A stretch of DNA of 50,040 bases, counting the filler, from Catajapyx aquilonaris (lineage: Eukaryota): assembly GCA_000934665.2 (NCBI GenBank). It is 2 parts of 2 records of this genome, joined end to end, with 100 filler letters (N's around TTAATTAATTAA, not from the genome) between each part and the next. Parts side by side here need not be neighbours in the genome. Positions count along the whole stretch, not along the records: positions 25,017 to 50,040 come from JYFJ02005442.1; 1 more part is not named here. One strand, given 5' to 3'. Shown here piece after piece: positions 33,250-45,792 of this stretch (position 1 is its first letter; every line of letters starts with the position of its first letter). Position numbers and translations under genes: made by a program. Under the pieces are notes generated by a model. That model did not search any database. It had not been told where the DNA came from and was given only the letters and a program-made list of their open reading frames with translations.

Positions 33250-36044
33250 TTAAATGGCAGAGTTTATCAGCATTTGTGATGCTGATGGATTCTGAAAGTT
33301 GGAGGCAATAGGGAAACAGAATGAAAACCAACACGCACAAGAGGAGAGCCCCCGGAATCTATTTCCACATGAGAAAATCCTCCATCTGATCTGCTGGTTG
33401 AACTCAGAATTTTGAGGTCAAGTGTCGTGGCCTTAATTATAATGACATTGATTTTTCATCATCATTGGAATACAAAATCAATGTTTTCCAGGTGCACAGT
33501 TGCCAGCACAATTGGGGTACTAGACATGAATCAGGTTTACCCTGAAAAGTATGCCACCCACACCACCCTTCTGAGGCCCAATAGACTTGGACAGGGTGAC
33601 CAGCAGTGACTAAAATACAATTTCCCTGTGTTTTCCTTGTGTCTTCATTGACTTTTCCCTGCCTCTTTTTTCCAACTATTTTCATTTGAAAATGCATTTT
33701 AACCCTAATAAGACGGGTGGTTTTTCGCGTTTTTGCAAGTATCTGCAAAAAAAAAATCGCTTTTTTGGAGTTGGGGGACGGGACTTCAAAATACTAGTGA
33801 ATACGATCGTATAATGTCCAGGCTTGATCCTGAGGCCATCTATGTGGCCCTACTCTCATGCGTACGCAGTGGAAACTCTCATATGTACAGCAAGATGGCG
33901 CAAAGGCGTCTGTTTCGCGCATAGTCCAATTTTTCGTCACTCTGCCTGCTTGACAAAAAATTATCGGTATGTAGCCTTCGCATCTCTGAACTCAGCAGAA
34001 CATAAACACATAGCATGAATTACGGCACAGGCCAGCCAGGCGTGCAGAAATGATAAACATTCAGCCATTCAAAAGGGGCGGGGGAAATTCTCCCTACAGC
34101 CACACGAAGGCCGGCGTTCAAGTGCGCAGACCTCCGGCAACTGGTAATTGACATTTACGAACATTATTTATTTATTTTAAAACTATTGAATCATCTTTTG
34201 CACTAATTTTAGGGTGGAATCTCTTGAGGAGGTTTGGGGGCAACTATGTATGCCAAAAATTTGCCGGTCAAGGTCGGATTTTTTTTTTAAAAGTTTTTTT
34301 TCAGCGGCCGCAAAAAGATGATTTCATTCAAGTTAATCAGGTTAATCCGGTTTATTTATGCACGATTTTGTAGTACAAAACTCACGATTTTTTACGCGAG
34401 AGAAAATTTAAAAAGCCACACAGAAACCTCGTTACATAGTGGGAAAACGCTATAGTTTCGCCAGCAGATTTTTTTAAAGCTACTGGCACAGCATATGTGA
34501 CGCCCGTCTTATTAGGGTTAAAGCAAATAGGGAGTGATTCACGTCAGAAATAGATGAGGCTTATGACAGTCATAGCAGCAGTACTCAGAGGTGCTCTACT
34601 TAACTATCGCAGCTTTCAAGGAAAAATTACTATACGGCCATCTGCCAGTGGAAATCCGAGAAAAAAATAATTCCCTTGAAAATGACCTAAAAAGACATTA
34701 AATCTCTTCTTCTGAGGTTATTAATATTCTTTCCCACGTTCAGTCACCCACTATAAATATGTGTCTGGAAGGATGCCGAGTGTGTATTATGGATTGGAAT
34801 GTTGCGCATATTTGGGCGACATTTTGGTATGTCTTCACGTCAAAGAGGAAAGTCAGCTGTATTTTTTCGGAACCTCTGTGCAAATTTCATAAAGTATAAG
34901 AACACTAGAAAAATCTTGATAGCAAAAAAAAACCAATACCACCGTTCGATTTGATTTCTCAGACCGAACTAAATATAGAAACGACAGTAAAATATCCTTC
35001 CAGATCAACACAAAACAATTTGTCAGTCAACAAAATAAATTTTGTTGCCTAGTGTAATTTTAGCATATTTTGAGTCATTGACATGAATTTCCTTGTGTTT
35101 TCCCTGTCTACCAGCTAATTTCCAATTTCCCTGTGTTTTCCCTGTGTTCCCTGTTTTCCCTGACTGCTGGTCACCCTGTTGGAAATTAAGAGCGTTCTCA
35201 CCAGCTTCCACTTCATCTGCACACTCTGAGAGCTGTGTTTTTTCAAGCTTGTTTGGTCTCGGCAGGATGGTGTGGATGGCCTACCCCTCGGTGTAAACCT
35301 GATTCAGGTCTGATACCCCAACTGTGTCTGGCAACTGTACCTAATTGGATAAGTTGTTTCGAAAACAACAAGTTCATAGGACCGTACCATATTGATTTAC
35401 AAAGTATGTTTTTTGCCATAAACACTGCCCTTACAGGTCGGCAGATAGGCACACATTATCGATAGAATCATCCTGGAGTTGAATGAACAGGAGCCATGGG
35501 TGTCCAGGCCATCTAAGAACCAGGTTTTGGAGGACACCTGCAAGCAGTTGACAGGGAGTGGGTGTACTGCCCCTCCAAATCATGGTTTCTGGAGGGCCTG
35601 GAGAGGTTTCCACACCCATGACTCCTGTTCATTCAGCTCCAGGAGGATTCTATCGATAATGCGTGCCTATCTGCCAACCTATAAAGGCACTGTATTTGTG
35701 GCAAAAAAAAATAATTGTAAATCAATATGGTACGGTCCTATGGACTTATGTGGTTTTCGAAACAATTGATCCAATTACATACAGTATAGATGACAAATCT
35801 AAGTAGTGTAGTGGTTAAGGCCATAGTTCATCTTTCATTCATTCATTCATTTCACTCACGGCATATTCCCATCAAGATAGGATTACCAGCCATGACCAGG
35901 CCATAGTGTATTATAAATTTTAAAGTAAGAGTACCTCAGTCCGACATCTCTTGTTAATTGGGGAGGTAGCTTAGTTCCCCCAAGCCCTCACCATGGGCAT
36001 TAGGTACTTCACTAGTGTGTAATCTAGTGGTCAACAACCTGATC

Positions 36045-36130
<86 letters not shown>

Positions 36131-39100
36131 CCAGTAAGTACCCAATTTAAACCGTTTCGCATTAAACGCTGGTTTGAATTTTTTCCAGTGGAAAATTGTG
36201 AAAAATATGACGATAACAACACAATCTGAACATAAACACATCACTGCAACACTTCTGAGTCCAAACACACAACTGTAAAGGCTCCTCTTTTGTTTTTCCT
36301 GGTGCTTTGTGGCAGGTTCTATCGATATACAGGGTGACGGGAAACTCGCGCCCAATCGCCAGGTAGACTGCTAGTACTCGCAAAACTAATATAGGGATGT
36401 GCAATTAGTTTTGGGCGTTGATGCGTAGTTGCTGCGAACAGTGCCTTTAAAGTGTAGAGGGCTGGATGGTAAAATATTAGGTAAAAATGACAAGTGCACG
36501 GGTGTCGTACCCGGATTCTTACTTTGACAGGATTTGATCACCTATTGCACATGGATGATGTGTTCCAGACCCAAGGCTGGATTGTTCGGAGGCTCTCGAG
36601 CTGCCTTTTGCTTCTTTGAAACTGGCAGAATGGATGTGACGTCACGAAACTTTGACGGAGCCATACACATTAACTATGCAATGGCGCCCAAAACTAATTG
36701 CACATCCCTATATTAGTTTTACGAGTACTACAAGTTTACCTGGTGATTGGGCGCGAGTTTCCTTTCACCCTGTATACAGTACCATATTGTTGGTCTCGGC
36801 ACTCCCCAAAGTACTCTAGCCATTGTTAAATACCCAACGTGTGCTGCAGTTCTTGCCAAAATAAGGAAAGGAGCCCTCAGAACCCGATAGCCCTCAACCT
36901 GGAGCCTCCCATGAATCGATGTTTCAAATATTTGGCATTAAAGACAGCAATATTAGTACTGCCTATGAAATTTGTTTGGAAATTTTGGAACCTCTCTCAT
37001 TTACTTACATTATAATTTTGTCTCGTTTTACACCGATTCACTTTATGCCGCATTTTGCTGGAACCTATTAACAGCGTAAAATGGGTACTTCCTGTACTGT
37101 ACCCATTGTTACAATACACTACACGTATTGCAGTTCTTGCCAAAGAAGGGAAAGAAACCCTCAGAACTTGCTGACCCTCAATTTTGAACCTCCCGTTAAA
37201 CATGTGTATTTAATGTTTGAAATACTTGAGCAATAAAAACAACAATAGAGGTTGAGAATCCTTTTCCGAAATGCTTGGGACCGGAGGTGTTTTGGATTTT
37301 TGATTTTTTAAGGTTTTAGGAATATTTGTATATTTGCATCTTTGGGATGGGACCTAAGCCTAACCACAATATCCATTTACATTTCATGATAGATATTATA
37401 TGTAAACCCTGAGAGTAGATCTTTATCAACTTTAAATCATTTTGTGTACAGACGCAGGCAATGACACTAGTCATGTTACACTCACATGGAATTTTCCATA
37501 TGTGGCGCCCATCATGTCAGCACTCAAATAACTTTCAGATTTTGGAGGCTTTTGGAATATTGGATCAAGGATTCCTGGTCACCATCTGGATGTCACCTCA
37601 TTACCATGCCCTCTCAGTAAGGATTTAATTGATACAGCCATATCCTGGAGGAGCTCTGTTACATTATCATATTGCTCCTACTCTCTCCCTCTGCCCTCAT
37701 CCTGTCACTTCATTCTTGCCTCATCATCACCTGCTATTTCCATCCCCAAGACTATTGGCATCCGGAGTTTCGACTCAGGGTCAAAACCCATACATTTTCA
37801 GGGCATCCGCCCAATCCTTTGTCACTGGATGCAACCATCCTATATTTAAGCAACCTATTTAACCTCTTCACTACTAGTTCATATGGGATAAGTAATGCTG
37901 GTGGTTTCTAATCATTACTTTTTTTACTGGAAGTTTTATGATGCCAGCCAAATTTTTCAGTCACTTTTGTTAAAAAAAGTACCCTTAAGGAGAAACTCAT
38001 GAGCCATTAGCACAGAAAGGACATATTATCAATCTTATCTCCATAGAGATATTAAGAGATTGTTTCAATATGCTGCCAAAAGGTGAAGCAACATGGATGG
38101 TGTAGATGTTTGATGCACAGAGCCACAAACTGCCCGACTCTTACCAGTAATTTGGAGCTGAGAAGACCGTGATGCACTTTCCGTTTTGGGCTACTTCGTA
38201 GCCATCAGCCTTAACTTCGTGACTTCGGATCAGAAAATCAAGTTTGTTCAGATTCAGGAACTCCTCTGTTATGTCAGGCCCAAACTGAACACCAACACCC
38301 CTCTTGCTGGGAGAACGTCCATTTTGAGGCTGGGGATCCGACCACAACAACTCACACATTACACCCTCATCAGGAGGCTGACGGTTTCTGTCCACACGTC
38401 TAATTTCATCCAACGTCACATCGTCACGAGAAAAAAGCCCTCCATGCATCACCTACAAGAGAAAGGATCCATTATTATTATTATTATTTCATTTATTTTG
38501 TTTGTTTTTGTTGTTGTTGTTGTTGTTGTTGTTATTATTATTACTGTTCTTGTTCTTGTTGCTTGAATGTTCTATTTTATTCAATCAATACACAGCTTAT
38601 GGGTGTTGAAGGTGGGAGGAAAGGGGATAACCAAACCAACATAACCAGGGGCAGCACTCATCAAAACTCTTTCCACATGAGAATATCCACTCCCCAACTC
38701 AGAAAACCAACTCTCAACCCAAAAGATGGGTATGACTGTGGTTATATGCCCAGTGCCACAGGCCGGCTCTGGTGATCTGGTGGTTAGCGCGCTCCCCTCT
38801 AGTCCCAAGGTTGTGGGTTCGAACCCGGCCGAGGTCGGTGACTTTTCTCCGGGTGGTAGAAAAGTGAGAGTGCGCCTTCCTTCGGAGGGGAAGTAAAGCC
38901 TCAGTCCCATGTGCTTGTGACATTTCGCGAGTGCACGTTAAAGATCCCCAGAGTGGCCAAATTTCCAGGAGGACGACCACCCCCTGGCGTATGTGTTTAG
39001 CCTTAGCAGCAGAAATAGGCCGACGTTAAGCCCCCACTAAAGTGCAACAGTGTCCTCATATACCTACTGTACTAACTGTGAGTTATAAAAGCATGGGCAC

Positions 39101-42100
39101 AGGTTTCTGATTTCAAAATACCCACAGTGACTTTAGCTCTAATGCACATATTCTCCTAAGGGCCACAGATATGCCTGTGCCACTGATAGACCAAACGTCT
39201 GACACACCAGCCATAAAACTTCCTCTGTAACCGGGGAAGAATTCCCCTAGCAGCAGTGTCCAATGCAAGTGTATCAAACATTTGTTCCACTGGTAAGACA
39301 GGCTGTGTTAGAGTAGTATTGGGGAATGCACTTTAATAATCCATGCATTCCAAGACTCATCATCCCTGTCCTGCATGCCACTCACCCTAATGGCTGTTGA
39401 AACAAATAAAACATGCGGGAGGGTATTTTTCATATCCTCTGATTTTTGTGCCATTCTGCCGTCAACGAAATGACCCACTGCTTAATGAAACTTGTTGGTA
39501 TTTTTAGCATATCTTTCCCTCTGCACTTTTAGACTTTTTCACATCAAAAAATGTCTTACAGAACGGCTCTGCCTGTCTGTCTGTCCATCTGTCTGTGGAT
39601 AGGTATCAGGGACTACACCACAAGAGATAGTGACAAACAGGTTTTGGATTCGGATTCAGTGGACACGAAATAGGTTTCATGGTCAACTTCCGGTGACCAG
39701 ACACTTCTGATTAACCAGGTTCATTCTATCCACCAAGGTCAAGTCTACAGGCTGGTGTCCTTCAGTTTTTTTGCCATGAAAAATGAGACAGACAACATTC
39801 TATGTCATTGTTGTCCAATTTGAATTTCCTTGGCAATGAGAAAATGACTACTCAAATCACGCTCAAGTGATTTGCCAATCCTGTTTCATAACCACATCTG
39901 CATATTATTGACAGGCACACAAGGGAGGCGAAGTGGCGCTGTGGTAACATACGCGCCCACGGATGTTAAGGTCCCGGGTTCAATCGCAGCCTGGGGACAC
40001 CCCCTTCATCTTGTGCAGAGTTAGGTCGCCTATGGCTTCATCTTGGGTGGAATCTCCATAGACATATCCACCCGGGGGAGTTCACAAAATGTACCCATAC
40101 AAGACAGCGCACTTGCACTTTGCACATCCCCTCCTGTCATCCTGCCTGTGGGCCCGGGTGCTTCAAATAATTGGCTCCATGTACATAATGGTTCAATAAA
40201 GGTTCTGTGCGATATACCCCCACCGGGGGTGAAAGCACTTACCCAGGATTATTATTATTATTGACAGGCTCACTTTCATCTCAATAAGTGTTGTAAATAT
40301 TTTGCAAAAATGAAGTGGCCATGGCAAGTTATCTGGCAACCCCACATCGCATTTACGATACAGGTTGATTGGAATGGGTCCCAAAATTGTTTTCGGTTCA
40401 AAATCACTTTGGTCCAATTTCGTGACAAAGAAAAATTTGTGCCAGTGGAAACAGACCTTAGGGGGCCGTTCATAAATCACGTGACACTTTTTTGGGTCAT
40501 TTTCGACCCCCCCCCCCCCTCCCCGCCCATTTGTCACGTGATATTTTTTGATCCTATTGAGACTGCATCCGTACTTGACAATGCTATATTGCAAGACATA
40601 AACGGTGGTATATTGCAAGAGACGAACACTAAGACCCAAGAGGCAGTGCGGGCATTGAATTTTAATAATTAAATTCGATTATCTCCATCTCGTAGCCGAA
40701 AGCTAAAAAAATCAACTAGAGTGAAATCGTCTTAAAAATGTCTCATATATTAAAGGAACTAGATCCAAAAGGAAGTGCGCCCCGGCTCCATTTTCACCAT
40801 GTATAACCTCCTGAGACCTGATGTCCAATATATTGGACATCAGCAAAAAAAAAAAGGGCGTTAACTGAAATTGACGCCAATTATTATTTTTTTTGCTGAT
40901 GTCCAATATATTGGACATCAGGTCTCAGGAGGATACGGGTGAATAGTGAAAAAACCTGCAATTCGTGTCCCAGCTAATTTCTGGACTTAATATAACATTT
41001 GAATACCAGATAACATACTAAGAAATAACATTGCAACTTGCGGAATACAGGGCACATAACAAATATGTAATGAGAGAATTATTTAATGTTTTTCCTTAGG
41101 CCAGAGAGCATGACAAGTCACGTCTGTGGCTTGTTCCAACCTTCACTTTGTAGTTTTGTCAATTTTCATGCAAGGCATAAGATATCCTTTCACTTTTTAT
41201 ATTAAGAGTAATGGAGAAAGACAAGCAGTTTGGTGGAGTGGATAAGGTGTTCGACTGCTAATCGGGAGGGTTCGAGTCCTGGGGGCCCGCAATCCTAACT
41301 GTGGTTTTCTGTGGTTTCCCACGGTCCTCCCAGGAGAATTCCGGGATTGCTTCCTAAATAATAGGCCACAGCCGCTTCCTTCCGTCCCTATCCTATCCCA
41401 AAAAGCGAAGTAAAAATGAAAGCAAAGAGTTCCAGTCAAAACAAAATTGGGATGAACTCCCCCCCGAAAGAGCCGCCGGCTGATAACGGGGTATGAATTA
41501 TTATTATTAAGAGTAATGGAGAAAGGAATACTGAAGGTAAAGGCTAGTGCATTCTTTGTCCTGAAGTTCCAAATTGCATCGATTTTATTGCAAGAGGAAT
41601 TTTGTTCCAAGGTTTCTAGTCACATCCGTGGACAAAAACAAAAACTTATAAAACCATCCAGGAAGCAGCAATGTGCAGGATTTTTGTCTTTTTGCTTGCT
41701 GATGCAGCCTTATTGAGATGCTGAATCAAAAACCTGTTCTTTGGTTGATTGAAGGCATGTAATTCTGCTCTAAACGTCAGATTTAGTGAAGTGTCAAGAT
41801 CAGTGCGTCACATCTGTGGCACCTGGTAAATGTAGGCAAGCAGTTCAAATTTCAATTTTTGCTCAAGTACTTGTGCTATTAGGTACAAGAGCATACTCAT
41901 TTGAACTAAAAGTTTGTAACCTAAACTTATTACCACATTTTATGTGGAATAAACAGAGTTCGTCAAGTCCGTGGACACTACCCATCCACAGGTGCCCCTA
42001 GGCTGAGTCAGATGTTCAAGGGCATGATTTTAATAACCTATTTGAATGTTTTGGACCATCCTTACCATGTTTCTAATGCACTCATAGCTGTACACTACTT

Positions 42101-45100
42101 ACTGTCAGATGTAAGCATACGGATAGGTCTGGAGCAGCCCCCGGACACTTATACAACATTCTGGTGTTATCGCCTGCCGAGGCATTGTGCAGGGGGTGGG
42201 TGGGAGTGACCAGACCTTACTTTCTATGACCGTGGTCTGGAGTATACTTTGAATTTCCCCATTTCTGGTTTCATTGCATTTGAAGCGATTTGAAGTATTA
42301 CTTACATTTATATTGCAAACTGTGCTAGCCACTTGGTTCAGTTCTACACCCTGTGCCACACTTAGTTCATCAAGGTCAAGTATATATTTTTTTTTGTTGT
42401 TGTTTGTTATACCCCGTGATTGGGTCCTAGGCCCTCTTAGAGGAGTGGGAAACCACAATCGGTGCAGGGGACAGGGTAGGGATAATGAAGGGGGGACACT
42501 GGTGCATGTGCAATGTCTCAGGGTGGGGGTTGTGTGCAGTCCCTCAGGGGGCCCGTTCGCCAAGATGACCCCCATAGATGCGAGTCAGAAACCCCCCATG
42601 GACACCCACCTCCTCCAGGGCAGGGCAAGGAAGGAAGTGGCTGTGGCCTATTTTACGGTACGATCCCGGAATTTTTCCTGGGGCAACCTTGGGAAACCAC
42701 AGAAAACCAAGGTCAGGACCGCCAGCCTCCAGGATTCGAACCCAGGATCTCCCGATTAGCAGTCGGACACCATATCCACTCCACCACTATTGCTTCGGTA
42801 AGTAGACTGTATTTTTAACTGTGTGTATACAGCTGTAGATAGGCCTACATAATTTTTATGTTATAAAAAAAGGTTTAATATAAGTCTACAATCTCATCTG
42901 TTATTTTTGTGGGAACACCAGAGGTAATAACTATTTTTATTTAAAAAAATGTTTTTTTAAAGGACATTTCATTAATTTTTTTTGGAAATGAAATTGCACC
43001 TTTTTTCACTATTGAGCCATAAATGTCGCGTGATATACTGTATGCTCAGACACTCCCCCTCCCCCAATGTGATCAACAGTGAATCTGAGGCATACCCCCC
43101 CTAGCATCATATGATTTATGGACGGCCCCTTACTGTATAAAATTTCATCCCCCAAATAATTTTTTTTTCAAACTGTTTACCAAGATTTTCTTGTTCAGGC
43201 AGTGAGCAAGAGGTAGCCAGTTGTACACCTCAGTAAAGAGGTCAGCCATCTGGGATGTGTACTTAGCCTTCACTTCACCTTCAAAGCCGTACATTTGGTT
43301 CATGGTTTGACTCTCGTGATTCCCTGAAAAGTAAATTGAGAATGCTTGTAGCTTACTGTATTCTTATACATTAATCCGTGCAATAACTTCAGAAATGTGA
43401 CACATGACTTACCTCTTGACATAAAGAAATGGTTAGGGTACAAGAGTTTAAAGCCAAACAAAACAAATATGCACTCCACAGAAAAAGAGCCTCGATCCAC
43501 AAAATCGCCGTTGAAGAGCTGCATGTTCAGAGTTAAGGTACAGATCTGGGTAAGCTTTTCATGCTTCACATTGTTCGGCTGATTTCAAAAGGATACATAT
43601 GGATTCTCCTCTGAGGGAAGGCCATTGAGATCAAAGACGTGCATCAGGTCATAATACTGGCCGTGTATGTCCCCACACACTGTAAACTTTTGGTTGTCTG
43701 CAATATCCACATCAATTAAGCTAGGCTGCATAGTAAAGAACTCCTTTACATCTATCAGCATCTGTTGAAAAATATTCAAAGCAGTTATATGATGTATACC
43801 AGAAAGCAGCTCAACATACTATACCAATCCCAACCTTATATGCATATTTCCTATGCAACCTCTTTTGGTACTTGAATGCCTGCATCAACTCAAGCATGAA
43901 ACTCAAAGTTACACGGTTGTCTTCTAGCACTGGGCCATCGTAGTCTTCTTCTATGCCTGCAGAATAACCATAAATGGTGAGATACCTAACAAGCTGTTCA
44001 AGTCCTCCTAACCATAAATTGAACTGTGTAAATCAAAACCACACACTGTTACATTCTGCAGATAAATGAAACTCACCTTCATGGAACGGAGCATATAATA
44101 ATGATAATACAGATTGCATGTCAGGAATTGGTATTGACATAAAGATATGGTGAAACTGTCAACATACGTTGAACGACTGAATGGCCAGTGGAAGTGAAAA
44201 ATTAGCGAGCGGCGAAGACAATTGTATCTTTCAACAATGAATGACGTCGTTGAGGGGGGCCGCATCTCGGACATCATTGTTGAAAGATACAATTGTCTTC
44301 GCCGCTCGCTAGTTTTTCACTTCCAGCAACTTCTGAACAACTCCCACCACAAATGCACACTATAGTATTACTTGATGTGTCGGTTATGAACAAACTGGCC
44401 CGAGAGGTTTTGAAGGTAAGTTAACACATTATCGTGGTTTCCAGCGAGGTTTGAAAATTATTTCTCTTTAGCCACATATCCCATACGATTATTTTGGGAG
44501 AATTTTTTAAAGCATAAAACATATATCTGACTCAGTGGAATATACTACCATACCAAGTCATTGGATCAGATGGCATTTCCATTTATGCATTTATTGATTT
44601 ATCATGGTCAGAATGGGCCCAATGTAGGTGGGATACTCTACATCAACTCCACATGATATACAACACTGCGAATTACATGTCTTACAGAGCATATTCATTC
44701 ACGATGATTTGGAAAGAAAGGGAACAAGTTTTTAAGTTATATATCCGACGAGAGGAAACTAAGCAAGGCAATGGGATTGGATGACACTTTCATTTACGAT
44801 ATGTTTTAAGACATGAATAATGCGCACTTGTTTGAGTGGGAAGGAGCCAGAGCAGCCAAGACTATCTGGTTATAATTAGATTCATCCATTCCCAATCACG
44901 GCATTGTCCAATGCAGGAGGTAGCCAGCAACAACAAGAGGCCCGCACAACAAGAGGTTAGAAACAACGGTGGGATAGATGGTGGACATAAATGAAGGTCA
45001 GGAGGCATAAATTATGCACTTACAATAATTCTCAAACGATAAAATAAGCTGCCATGACGAGAGTCAACAAAAGAAGAGTAATCAGGTGGCACATCCACTT

Positions 45101-45397
45101 CTCAGCCTCTCGGGCCAGTAACATTGGAGTTGGTTCATAACCGACACATCAAGTAATACAATAATGTGCATTCGTGGTGGAGTTGTTCGGAAGTCTTTGC
45201 TGGAAGTGAAAAACTAGCGAAGACAATAATTGTATTTTTCAACAATGATGTCCAAGATACGGCCTACCTCAATGACGTTATTCACGCGGGACTTGAACAT
45301 CGCGATCAGACCAGGTCGGATCATGGTTTTCATTGTTGTTAATATTGTCGAGTCAAAAATGAACACCTACATCCAATCAGATTGTTTAGCAGTGTGA

Positions 45398-45448
<51 letters not shown>

Positions 45449-45739
45449 ATTTGATACCCCATTATCAGCCTACGGGCCTTCCTAGGGGAGGATTTCTCCC
45501 AATTTTTTGTCTGGAACTCTTCCATTTTTTACTATTTTCTCATCATCGAAATGAAGCAGGGAAAGGGAAGGAAGGAAGCGGCTGTGGCCTATATTACGGT
45601 AACAACCCCGGAATTATCCTGCAAGGACCATGGGAAACCACAGAAAACCATGGTCAGGGTCGCCGGCCTCCGGGATTCGAACCCAGGACCTCCCGATTAG
45701 CAGTCGGACACCCTATCCACTCCACCACTACTGCTTCGG

Positions 45740-45792
<53 letters not shown>

